A stretch of DNA of 63,342 nt, the filler included, from Octopus bimaculoides (taxonomy: Eukaryota): NCBI RefSeq assembly GCF_001194135.2. It is 5 parts of 5 records of this genome, joined end to end, with 100 filler letters (N's around TTAATTAATTAA, not from the genome) between each part and the next. Parts side by side here need not be neighbours in the genome. Positions count along the whole stretch, not along the records: positions 35,859 to 45,524 come from NC_068991.1; positions 45,625 to 61,696 come from NC_069010.1; 3 more parts are not named here. One strand, written 5' to 3'. Shown in pieces: positions 39,146 through 50,599 of this stretch. Made by a program: the position numbers and the translations under genes. Each line of letters begins with the position of its first letter. Within the stretch, counting starts at the first letter, position 1. Under the pieces are notes generated by a model, which saw only the letters and a program-made list of their open reading frames with translations, made no database searches and had not been told where the DNA came from.

Positions 39146-41943
39146 TGAAGAAGATAACCCCAGAAGAGCCAACAACATGAATACCAACCTCCTTGACACT
39201 CAATTCTTCAACATACGTGACAAATTTTACAATCTTACAATCTTACAATATGAGCTGGATATACCCGATAACATTACCCTTTAACAAAAGGGTCTGCATC
39301 CCTAGACATACTTATGACCACATGGAAGCACAATTCACTATAGCTAGGACCAAATTTAGACAGATTTTAGAATTATACACTAAGAGACAGAGACAGAATA
39401 AGACAGAGGCCCAATAACTCAGGAATATACCCGCATGTGGCCTACACAAGCTCATGCAGCGCATGAGGAACGGAGAAGTAGTATGCCTTCCAACAGATAA
39501 GTCAGGCAGGATGTCAATAGACAGCTTACCAAACTATATCCAGGCAATGCAACCTCACATCGCCAATATGAAAGTAACAACTTTACAGGCGCATGAGGAG
39601 AGAGAAAAGGTCCTCAACACTCACATGATGATGTTGACAATTGTTCTTGGACCCCAGAAATGCACAGCCAACAATTTCCAAGCCTGGAACAATGATATCC
39701 CGACGCTGTATGGGCTTCATAAGGACCACAAAGTAACTACTAATCCTGTGGTGGGGCCACCAACAAGACCAGTCTGTGGAGCGAATATCGCTAGCAACTA
39801 CAGGATTTCCTACTTCCTCTCAATGATCATACGCCCCATAATCCAGATGTCACCTGATGTTTGTGACAGCACGGAAGATCTCCTCAGCAGGATCAACGAC
39901 TGCAACAACACCTGCGACCTGACAGGGTGTATAGTGGGTAGCATGGATGTGGTATCACTATACCCATCTATCGACGTGGATTTTGCGGTGGAAAAGTGCG
40001 TGGAGATAATCAACGAGAGTGAAGTGGAGTTCCGCAGTGTCAACACAGAAGAACTGGGCCTCCTACTTAGATTGACATATGACTATGTATATCTAGATAA
40101 ACATGACTTTAGAGGTTTCTGCCCTAGTAGACGTTTAAGAGGTAGACTACCCACAATTACCTCTTGCTAGGAAGACCCCTATAGAGAGATGGAGCGGATG
40201 GACCTGAGCCATACGGACCCCTGCTAATGTTCATCAGGTAAAGAAAATGATCACACATGCACTAGGAGCTAGTATAAGAGTTACCCTAAAAGGCCACACA
40301 TTTAAGTTTAACAACAAAATATACGCCCAGGACGAGGGGACAGCCATTAGTGTTAGTATCGCTGGTGATGTGGCCAATCTCTTCATGGTATGGTGGGACA
40401 GAAGGCTTAAGGAATGCCTGACACAGAACTCCATACTCGTGAATATGTACTCTCGATATGTCGATGATATCAATGTAGTGGTAAAGACACCCCCACAAGA
40501 GAGTACTCTTGAAATAGAAATAGAAACTAATACTATGGAGAGCATCCAGCAAATAGCTAACTCCATCCACCAGAGTATTAAGGTTAAGATAGACTACCCT
40601 ATTAAACACCCTAACCATAGATTACCTGTACTAGATACTGAACTGTGGCTAGAAACTGTGAATAATAAAACCCGAATCCTTCATTCACACTATGCCAAAC
40701 CTATAGCCTCCAAATACCTGATCCACCGGAACTCAGCTATTGCAGACAATGCCAAATTCAATATATTAATGGCAAACCTCATCAGAGTAATGCGAAATGT
40801 GTCCTGCATGTGCAACCCCACAGAGTTAAAGAGACATATACAACATTTCGTTCATCGCATGCTGTTCTCAGGTTACAGCCATAAAGAAAGGATCAGAGTA
40901 TACAAAGGAGCTATGAAGAAATTTGAAACCATCAAACGTAACAATAGGAATGGAATTTGCCCACTCTATAGGAGCAAATCATGGAACACCATTGAAAGGA
41001 TTAAGAAGAAAATAGGGAAGGCCAACTCATGGTATGATAGCCACAAATACCAGAGTATCATGTTCGTCAACACCACCCCTAGAGGTGAACTGGCATACCA
41101 CTTTAGAAGGGCCCTAGACAAACTTAAGCTAAGAATTAAGGTTGTTGAAAGGCCAGGCAACCCTATCAAATCCCTTATCAGTAGAACATACCCTTTTAGT
41201 AGAACCCCCTGCACTGATAGGAACTGTACTGTATGTAGATTTAGCCCACAAACAAACTGTAAAACCAGAAATGTGGTCTATAGTATAAGATGTACAGAGG
41301 GACGATACAGTAACAAGACAACAACGTTTGTAGGGGAAACAGCATGGAGCATAGGAGAGCGGGTAAATGAACATTGAAGAGCTCATCAGTTCTGTACCAG
41401 CACGCTGAGCAGGAACACAGAGGTTCACTCAACAACATAGAAATTAAAATCTTGTCCACACATAGAACAGACGCAGCTTCTGTAATTTGTCTAAATTACA
41501 GAAGCTACACACATAATAGAAGATAAACCTAGCTTGAATAGGAAACTGGAATGGAACACTGACACACACACCCAACAAACCACAACATATGACAATAAAT
41601 TCCCCATAAACAATATGAACAAAATATAATACAATACAGAGATAAATAAATGGAATTAAATACTACATACATTAACAAAATTAAATTAAATACAAAAAAA
41701 AACACAAAAAAAAGAAGTAGGTATAAACACATGAACAAATAAATAAATAAAAACAAAAATAAATGAACATGTATTAACAGAGGATAGAGATAATAGAGGC
41801 ACTCCCCATACAAATACATGCACTTACAAAACATAGACACACATAGACGGATACGCATGCATAGACACATACAATAGGAATACAAAATACAAAATGGCTG
41901 ATAGTTAGCAAGGTGGGACACACATAAGAATGAAGAAAGCAAA

Positions 41944-41988
41944 GGACCACTGATGAGGTCACAGGAGTGTGACGAAAGAACTCTGGCC
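41944..41988 (+). ncRNA. Putative minimal type I hammerhead ribozyme in the PLE 3' terminal repeat
   Basis: GGACCA-CUGAUGA-G-[GUCACA ggag UGUGAC]-GAAA-GAAC-UC-UGGCC: complete core, 6-bp stem II, bulged 5-bp stem I, very short stem III; predicted cut after 41983. Confidence 0.6.
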
Positions 41989-42189
41989 GAAATAGGATTA
42001 ATGTAATGTAATGTAATATAAAGCTGAAGCAAATTAACACCAACTATACAGTGCGTGTGTTTTTATTGGCTAAACTGGCAATATGACCATCCCCAAATAC
42101 AACAATATCTGTTTCAACATACAATTTCACATCAAAAATCTTGCAAAACAAATATATAAACAGAATATTATTATTATTATTATTGTTAT

Positions 42190-43400
42190 TACTAACCATT
42201 TTATCATTATTATCATCATTATTATATTTATTATTATTTTTGTTTTTGCTATGGTTATTATTTTTTGTGGGTCTTTTTATCGTATTCCTAATATTTCTTT
42301 TATTATATTTATATTTATCTTTGTCTTTGGTAGTGTTACATTCGTCCAAATATTTGGGGCTAGATGTAGTTGCTGTATTCTGGCTACTATAGTTAATATT
42401 TCTTGGAAGATATTTAATTTTACCTTAATATCCCGCATTTTTTTAGTGCTATGTTATATTTTTCCTTGTGTTTATTAAAGATTTCTTCATTAGAGGATAG
42501 ATTTGAAATTCTTTTACTTATATTTAGTAGTAAAGCTTTTTTTATTTGTAAGGGATGGTTACTAGAGCTGTTTATATATCTTAGTATAGAGTTTTCTTTA
42601 GTATAAGGCTCATGGAGTCTGGTATTTAGGCTACAGTTTGCATCTAAATAGTTTATAGAATAGTTTTCATTTTCTGTGGTTATGGATAGGCCAACCATAT
42701 TAAAGAATTTATGTAACCTCTTTTTTAGCAGTTCTAGGCATCTATTTGAAACGTTCTTAACTAAGAATAGTGTGTCATCCTTGTATAGATCTCCGGTTAA
42801 TTTGGGGAATTCTCTACTTATATTATCCAGGATGTATAGACCTACCAGGTCTGTCACTTCCGCCAAGTCCAGCGATCCCATCATGACATCAAAGAGGCCT
42901 GGTGTATCTTTCCTCGCCCATAATTTGTTATCAAATTCAATAACAGTCTTACGGGCAGTGAGTATCACATTTATCTCCCTAATACTTAGGTTAGTATATC
43001 TCCTGGTGAAAATGAGAGCACTATTAAGGACAGCAGAGTTTATAGATGCATAATAGTTCTGTATATCTATTTGTAAGAAGTTTTGGTTATATCTATTTCC
43101 TATCTGTATATTGGAGAACCAGTCCAGTGCACCTTGTGTGTTTTTCCGTAGTTCTAGTTTGACTTTACTTTTGAGTGTTTGCAGATATTTATCTAAAATT
43201 ACTTTACTAAGTTTTCCTATGTCAGATTTGTTGGGACATATTAATCTAACCTGTGTGTTACTAGGAAAGTTTTCTTTCTGGTCCTTAATTTTTATGCGGG
43301 GTCTAATTGGAGTAAAAGGTTCTGTTTTTTCACCTAAATTAAAACCTATCATTATATTTCTGGTTTCTAGGTTCATCTTTAGATATAAGATAGTACCCAA
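42190..43400 (-). mobile_element. Naiad-like Penelope-like element, RT part (5' piece), degenerate
   Basis: ORF 42420-43400: KDQKENFPSNTQVRLICPNKSDIGKLSK, QIDIQNYYASI, FDVMMGSLDLAEVTDLVGLY, LYKDD, INYLD, PYTKENSILRYINSSSNHP, RISNLSSNEEIF. These motifs resemble Naiad-clade PLE RT as recalled. Confidence 0.75.
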
Positions 43401-43805
43401 TACTTGTTATTTCTCTATGTATGAGTTCGTGGTATATGTTGGGGACAATTTTATATATGTGATCGATGCCAGAGCCGTCTGACTGGCTCCCATGCTGGTG
43501 GCACATAAAAAGCACTACCCAAATGAGATCGATGTCAGGCTTACCTGAGTGGCTCCTGTGCTTATGGCACATAAAAAACACCCACTACACTCTCGGAGTG
43601 CTTGACGTTAGGAAGGGCATCCAACTGTAGAAACATTGCCAGATTAAATTGGAGACTGGTGCAGGTGCTGGCTTTCCAGACTTCAGTCAAACCATCCAAC
43701 CCATGCCAGCTTGGAAAATGGATGTTAAACAATGCTGCTGATGATGATATACATATATATATAAATACACACACACATATATATATATATACATATATAC
43801 GTACA

Positions 43806-43836
<31 letters not shown>

Positions 43837-44091
43837 ATATATATATATACATACATACACACGTACACACACAAAATTGTTATAAGTTTTGGTTTAAAAT
43901 TATTTTTAATACAAAAATTCACATCTTAGGAAGCAATAAAAAAAATAATAAATGGCTGATTCTGGGCATTTTCGACCATGAGAAATCCATTGGTGCAACT
44001 CCCAGCTTGCTATCTTGTAAGGTGTGGATTTCTATAGATGCAACACACAAACACACACACACACTCACAAACTCAGCTATATAGATATAGA

Positions 44092-45005
44092 TCATCATTA
44101 TCATTTAACGTCCGCTTTCCATGCTAGCATGGGTTGGATGGTTCGACCAGGGTTTGGGAAGCCAGGAGGCTGCACCAAGCTCCAGTCTGATCTCGCAGTG
44201 TTTCTACAACTGGATGCCCTTCCTAATGCCAGCCACTCCATGAGTGTAGTAGGTGCTTTTTACATGCCACCAGCAAGGTATCACAACTACAATTTCCATT
44301 TCATTTTCATTTTGATGTTGATATACTTGACTCAATAGGTCTCCTCAAGCACAGCAGGTCGTCCTACGATCCAAGGTACTTTTGAATGGGCTGGGGCTGG
44401 TTATGCAAAACTGGTGTAGGATACAACTGTGAATTCACTTTATTTGCCGGGTCTTCGCAGTCACAGCATATCACCAGAGTTCTCGGTCTTTCGTCATTGC
44501 TTCTGTGAGGCCCAATGTTTGAAGGTCATGCTTGACCACCTCATCCCATGTCTTCTTGGGTCTTCCTCTAGCCTGGATTCCTTCAACTGTTTGTGAGTGG
44601 CACTTCTTCACACATCTCTTCTCATCCATCCGTAGTACATGACCATGCCAGCGCAAATGTCTCTCTTGCATGCCACATCCGATGCTTCTTATGTCCAACA
44701 TTTCTCTCAGGGCACTTACACTCTGTCGTGTGTGCACACTGACATTACACATCCAGCGGATCATGCTAGCTTCATTTCTTTCGAGCCTATGCATGTCCTC
44801 CGCAGTCACAGCCCATGTTTCACTGCCATGAAGCATGGCAGTTCACACACATGCATCGTACAATCTACCTTTCACTCTGAGCAAGAGGCCCTTTGTCACC
44901 AGTAGCTTTCTAAACTTTGCCCAGGCTATTCTTATTCAAGTAGTAACACTCTCTGAGTATCCACCCCACTACTAACTTGGTCGCCTAGGTAACAGAAGCT
45001 ATCAC
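44092..45005 (-). mobile_element. RTE-clade LINE, 5'-truncated 3' end with UTR and (GAT)n-like tail
   Basis: DSFCYLGDQVSSG...MLHGSETWAV...RLERNEASMIRWMC...LRWHGHVLRM...RGRPKKTWDEVVKHDL...DRELW, then a UTR ending ccatgctagcatggaaagcggacgttaaatgataatgatg. Confidence 0.92.
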
Positions 45006-45196
45006 AGATATATATATATATATATATTATTATGATTGACAGTTGACTGAACACTATTCAATTTTTTTTCTCCATGCTTTACATATATAATATATAAGAT
45101 ATAAAAATACCAGTAATTATTAACATATATAATGTAGAACTATGTTCTATGTTATATATTTTAATAATTACTGGTATTTTTATATTTTATATATTA

Positions 45197-45524
45197 CTAG
45201 CAGTATAACCCGACCTTGTCCAGGTGTGACTTATTATGCCATCTACGAAAAGTCTTGCTAGCTGAAAATCAACTAAAAAAGAAAGCCTTACAACGAAAAA
45301 ACCCTTATGATGTAAATATGTTCATAATTCAAAAGACAATGAAATTAATAGGGAAAGTCTGAAGGCTGTTTTGCGTAAAATTATTAAGCATACGTAAATT
45401 TCATCCGTGTAATTAGCTATAGAAATGCTTGTGCAAAACAACTTTTTGCGCTGCCCTGATTATACATAGCAGGAGCTAGGATGGCAATTTGTTATGAAGC
45501 AATTGCTGGCGATCTGTTGCTAAA
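45197..45524 (-). mobile_element. Helitron-like 3' terminus
   Basis: Minus strand ends ...acctggacaaggtcgggt (hairpin) tatactg CTAG|T: subterminal hairpin followed by CTRR and T. Cut off by the spacer. Confidence 0.55.
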
Positions 45525-45624
45525 NNNNNNNNNNNNNNNNNNNNNNNNNNNNNNNNNNNNNNNNNNNNTTAATTAATTAANNNNNNNNNNNNNNNNNNNN
45601 NNNNNNNNNNNNNNNNNNNNNNNN
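45525..45624. other. Artificial assembly spacer
   Basis: 44 N + TTAATTAATTAA (45569-45580) + 44 N. Confidence 0.95.
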
Positions 45625-46119
45625 TTCACCACAACTTTCTCTCACTCTTACTTCCTGTTTTCTGTTGTGCCTGTAATTCAAAGGGTCAGCCTTGTCACAC
45701 TCTGTGTCACGCTGAATATCCCCCGAGAACTACGTTAAGGGTACACGTGTCTGTGGAGTGCTCAGCCACTTGCACGTTAATTTCACGAGTAGGCTGTTCT
45801 GTTGATCGGATCAACTGGAACCCTCGACGTCGTAAGCCCTAACCACTGGGCCATTGCGTCTCCATGATTGAAACATAGTGTAGACATAAATATTGTAGAT
45901 ATACAGTGTAAAGATGATGAGTTCTAATCCAGGTTTGTTCTATGTACACATTCAGGGATAAAACACCTGATGACTATCACAGGTGAAAGTGATTGAAACA
46001 TAGCGTACATGTAAACATTGTAAATATACAGCATAAAGATTGCTACTTCTAATCCAGTCTGGTTCTATGTTTACATCCAGACATAATGTGTAATTCATTT
46101 AATTTTATTTATTTTCCAG

Positions 46120-46245
46120 GGATGAGGACTGGAATGAATTTAACGACATTAACAAGATAATTATCCGACAGCCTGTTCGCACAGAATATCGGATTGCATT
46201 TCCATATCTTTACAACAACATTCCTTTTCAGGTGCATCTCTCCTG
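46120..46245 (+). CDS. PRPF8: PRPF8/Prp8 internal coding exon 1 of 7 in window (126 nt)
   Basis: ttccag acceptor, then G-GAT-GAG-GAC-TGG; translates [42 protein letters not shown], nearly identical to the Prp8 N-terminal region. Donor tg|gtgtgt; phase joins the next exon to make TGG. Confidence 0.96.
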
Positions 46246-46696
46246 GTGTGTATAATTTCTCTTCTCCCACGTTTTGTGTCTGTCGTCAGTTGGTTTGTCA
46301 GTCTGTGTTATTTATGTATATAGATGTGTGTGTATATAAATATGTAATGGTACATAAATATGTGTGTGTATGCACATGTGTATATGTATATATATATATA
46401 TATTTTGTGTTTGAGAAAACCTGTCAAACCAAGTGAAATTGTAGTTGTGGCCAATGCTGGTGTCTCGTGACTGGCATCCGTGGTGGGGACACATAAAAGG
46501 CACCCATTACACTCTTAGTGTGGCTGGTATTAGGAAGGTCATCCTGCTGTAGAAATCATGTCAAATCAGATTGAAACCTGGTGCAGCTCTCCAGCTTGCT
46601 CATTTCAGTTAAACCGTCTAACCCATGCCAGCATGGAAAGCAGACGCTAAATGATGATGATGATTTGTATGTATATATACACATAAATATGCTTGC

Positions 46697-46735
<39 letters not shown>

Positions 46736-47656
46736 TACATACTTACGTACGCTTTGACTATGCAAATAAGGCTCCTATTCCATTATGCTGACTGGTAAAC
46801 CAGTTTTTTGGGGGGGTTGCATTGAGCTGTATCGATATAATGTAGGATGTCGCCTCCCTGGCACGTGAAAAGATATTCGAGCGAGATCGTTGCCAGTGTC
46901 GCTGGACTGGCTCCTGTGCAGGTGGCATGTAAAATACACTATTTCGAGCGTGGCTGTTGATCGTTACCAACGTCACCTCCTTGGCACGTGAAAAGACATT
47001 CGAGCGAGATCGTTGCCAGTGCAGGTGGCACGTAAAATACACCATTTTGAGCGTGGCCGTCGCCAGTACCGCCTGACTGGCCCTCGTGCCGGTGGCACGT
47101 AAAACACCCACTACACACTCGAGTCCGCTACCCTAACCACTGGGCCATTGCGGCCCCATCTATACATACATGTGTATATATACATGTCATGGAGGGCTTC
47201 CAGCTGTAGAAAATATACCTAAGCTGACCCTGGAACTTGGTGCAGCCTTGTGGCTTGCTGGGTTCTGTCAAGCTGTCAAACTCGTGCCTTCATGAAAAAT
47301 GAATGTTAAGTGATGATAATGATGCTGAGGTACACATGCTGCATAAAAGGGTAAAGGGTATAAAAAAAACCTCCGAGGCACAAGTCTGGGCAAGATTGTT
47401 TACGGAAGACCAGCAGTTGCCCATGCATACCAGCCTCCCCCTTTCCATGCCACTGATGTTATCCAATGGCACCAGTATTGTCACAACTCATTTCTACAGC
47501 CGAGTGATCTGAAGCAATGTGAAATAAAGTGTCTTGCTCAAGAACACAACTCACAGCCTTGTCCAGAAATCAAACTTACTACCTCATATTATATACCTGA
47601 TGTTCTAACCACTGAGCCATGCACCTTCATATATATATATATATATATAAAAATAG

Positions 47657-47875
47657 TAAATGGAGTAAAACGCATATGTTAAATGAATTCTTTTAACATA
47701 TGCGTTTTACTCCATTTAGTAAATTTGTATATTTACTCGAGTACCCAAAATAACAATGAGTTTCTACCTCATAAACCACGGTCATTTTGTGATCTTTGCT
47801 ACCCTGGTATCTATTAACCAATTTATTTTGTTGGAGTTAATTAATAACTTAGAGAAAATAAATACATATAAAATA
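47657..47875 (-). repeat. Interspersed repeat shared with 61375-61570 (inverted), with terminal 27-bp hairpin
   Basis: 47720-47875 is the reverse complement of about 61375-61545 (e.g. gatctttgctaccctggtatctattaaccaatttattttg). Confidence 0.8.
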
Positions 47876-47896
47876 ATATATATATATATATAAATC

Positions 47897-48188
47897 TCCT
47901 TTGGTCATGAATGACCATGGGATTGCACCTAGAAAGTTTCCCTCTGAGGCACAAGTTCAGGCAAGGTTCCAGCCTCCCCACTCCACACCACTGATGTCAT
48001 CCAATGGAGAGACAAAGGCTGATACAGCTTGGCACCAGTGACGTTACAACTCGTTTCTACAGCTGAGTGAACTGGAGCAATGTGAAATAAAGTGTCTTGC
48101 TCAAGAACACAAAACACAGCATGGTCTGGGAATTGAAATCAGTACCTCACAATGGGGAGCCCGACGCTCTAACCACTGAGCGATGCAC
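47897..48188 (-). mobile_element. tRNA-derived SINE (family C) with CORE-like central domain
   Basis: Head gctcagtggttagagc...ttcaattccc, then tgtgttcttgagcaagacactttatttcacattgctccagttcactcagctg. Related copies at 47360-47625 (-) and 58413-58545 (+). Confidence 0.7.
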
Positions 48189-48804
48189 TTTCCTGCTTTA
48201 TATACACACATCTTCTCATGCAGCTACACACACACACGTGCATTATGGTTGTAGTTATTAGGTTACTGCCCACGATGTTCTGTGCATTTGGTCCATGCAA
48301 GTTCTAATGGCCCCGTGCTGCTGTCGTGGCATACCAACATGATGTCAGTGATATTCCCTGCTGTCAGAATCTATTGTAGCAGGAGCTGAACCCATCAGAC
48401 ATTACCATTATCATTAGCATAACGAAAGGCATCTGGCAGTGAATTAATGCATGCAAGACTTCACAACTTTAGTATCACTCCTTCAGAGTGGCCCCTATGA
48501 ATTTTTGAGCCCACCTCCACATTAATGAAGTCGTTGATATCTTATCAATGTCATGCCCCTTTTGTGTAAATTTCTAAGGCAAAATTTAAAATTATAATTA
48601 ATTAAAAGAAATTTCCTTGAATTTAGAAGCAATAATTCTTTTATTCTTGATGTAAAACAATTCTTCAGTGACATTTTTCTCTCGCCCAAGGGTCAGCAAA
48701 CTTCTTTCTTTAACCCCCTTTATGAAATTGTTGATAACATATTGATGCTGCACCCTAATTAATTTTTTCAAAGAATTTCTTTACTTTAAAAGCAATAATT
48801 ATTT

Positions 48805-49403
48805 CATTCTTGAAGTTTTGAAAGGTTAGCAACAGGAAAGGCATCTAGGTGTAGAACAACACTTCAATAACATATTTTTCCCACCCAAAGTTCAGCAAGC
48901 TTTCATTGACCCCTTCATGAAATCGTTGATAACCTATCTTGTAAATTTTTAAAGCAAAATTAAAAATTATAATTAAAAAAAAATACTTCTTGCATTTAAA
49001 AGCAATAACTCTTTCATTGTTGATGTAATGGTTAGCAACAGCACATTGCTGCATCCACCATTGGTTGGTGATTTTCTACAACTCCTGGTGGATGACACCT
49101 TTGTACCATTCAGGTGACGACCCTCCATGCACCTGAGGCATTGGTTTACAGCTAGATGCTCTTGCTGTTGCTAACCATTACATCAACAATGAAAGAGTTA
49201 TTGCTTTTAAATGCAAGAAGTATTTTTTTTTTTAATTATAATTTTTAATTTTGCTTTAAAAATTTACAAGATAGGTTATCAACGATTTCATGAAGGGGTC
49301 AATGAAAGCTTGCTGAACTTTGGGTGGGAAAAATATGCTATTGAAGTGTTGTTCTACACCTAGATGCCTTTCCTGTTGTTAACCTTTTAAAACTTCAAGA
49401 ATG
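48805..49403. repeat. Inverted duplication, about 240-bp arms, 119-bp spacer
   Basis: 48805-49043 vs 49163-49403 are reverse complements with about 3 substitutions. Confidence 0.9.
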
Positions 49404-50185
49404 CTGCATCCACCATTGGTTGGTGATTTTCTACCATTCAGGTGACGACCCTCCAAACCTTGGTTCTGTTTGGGTAGTTGTTGCTGGCGAAGGTTTTACA
49501 AGGCCTAAGTGCAAATACCATCTCGACACCTTTCTGTTTTTTTTTTTCTTATTTTAGTCGCCTTTTACAACATACAATGGTAACATTGGGTCTGTTCTTT
49601 GACATGCTGGTCCCCTCAAAGCACTAGAGTAATGTGACTTAAAGTGTTTTGCTCTGAAACAACACACTGCTCAGTCCTGGAATTGAACCCATGGCGATCT
49701 TTCGATACTAGTCCACCACAACTTCCGGTCGTTGCGCGCACGCATACTGATTACATGATCGTATAGTGTGTTTGTTTTTAAATGACTTGAAAATATGAAA
49801 AGACAACATTAAATAGAAACTCAAACCTTCTCCCCCTCAGATGCATACAGTTCTCAAACTTTAAACACATAAACACACTATACGATCATGTAATCAGTAT
49901 AGGGAGGAGATACGCCACTGTGGAGGTGCGCTTCACAACGGAGGAGGAAGCAATAAAGCACTGCACAGAGGCAATAAGGACAGAGGAATGGGTGCTCTTG
50001 CCTTCGTATTGCGGCAAACGTGTGGCCAAGGTGCAAGTGAGTAAGGTGCCATCGGAACTGAAATTTTAAACACATAAACACACTACCATCAGATCATAGT
50101 GCAACACCTTAACCACTGGGCCACATGCCTTCACACTAATTTTCATTTTTCTTCTTCTTTTGTCTTTTCTCATCTGCTGTTACAG

Positions 50186-50291
50186 GTACCACAAGCCTAA
50201 CGTGGTTTACATCAAGACAGAAGATCCTGATTTACCTGCTTTCTATTTTGACCCCTTGATAAACCCCATCTCTCACAGACATGCCACTAAG
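50186..50291 (+). CDS. PRPF8: PRPF8 coding exon 2 of 7 in window (106 nt)
   Basis: ttacag acceptor; [35 protein letters not shown]; donor aag|gtaaat. Confidence 0.97.
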
Positions 50292-50599
50292 GTAAATATA
50301 CAAGGGGTCTCCCCTTTTGATTTCTCATCAGTGTCAGCTACACTTTTTATATATTGTTTACGGTTATTTATGTATTGTGTTGTTTAGCTACAGATAAATT
50401 CCTGGTCCAACAAACCTATCATTGTAAGTATAGCAGCTATGCTTGGATGGGGAAGGTGCGTTGGTGTCTGGAAAGGGCCAAGAGAGATGCAGCAATGCAC
50501 TGTACCTAACAACTCTGCCAATCCATTTCCCTGGATTGGTATGTTCTTTTGTTGACCCTGTAATGAAGAAAGGCAGAATTGACTGTTGTCAGATTTGAA

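Larger units (their letters stand above)
38263..42165 (+). mobile_element. Penelope-like retroelement (RT + C-terminal GIY-YIG) with inverted terminal repeats, defective
   Basis: Pieces 39454-40170, 40247-41377 and about 41385-41560 give TDKSGR, VGSMDVVSLYPSI, GTAISVSIAGDVANLFM, YSRYVDD, LPVLD, a CTDRNCTVC linker, NVVYSIRC...FVGETAWSIGERVNEH and ITEATHIIEDKPSLN. About 340-bp inverted repeats at 38263-38601 and 41766-42105. The Cys linker fits Neptune/Nematis-type PLEs. Confidence 0.9.

Noticed and set aside
40205-40207. In-frame TGA in the inner PLE ORF as possible selenocysteine (some Naiad PLEs encode Sec)
   Set aside because: The element has nearby frameshifts and other stops, is not the Naiad-like one, and no SECIS was recognised; ordinary decay is simpler.
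47745-47815. Hammerhead-like scaffold on the minus strand (acc...ggt-agaaac-tcatt-gtt-attttg), also near 61445-61505
   Set aside because: The CUGANGA core is replaced by cacaaaatg in both copies; at most a dead relic.
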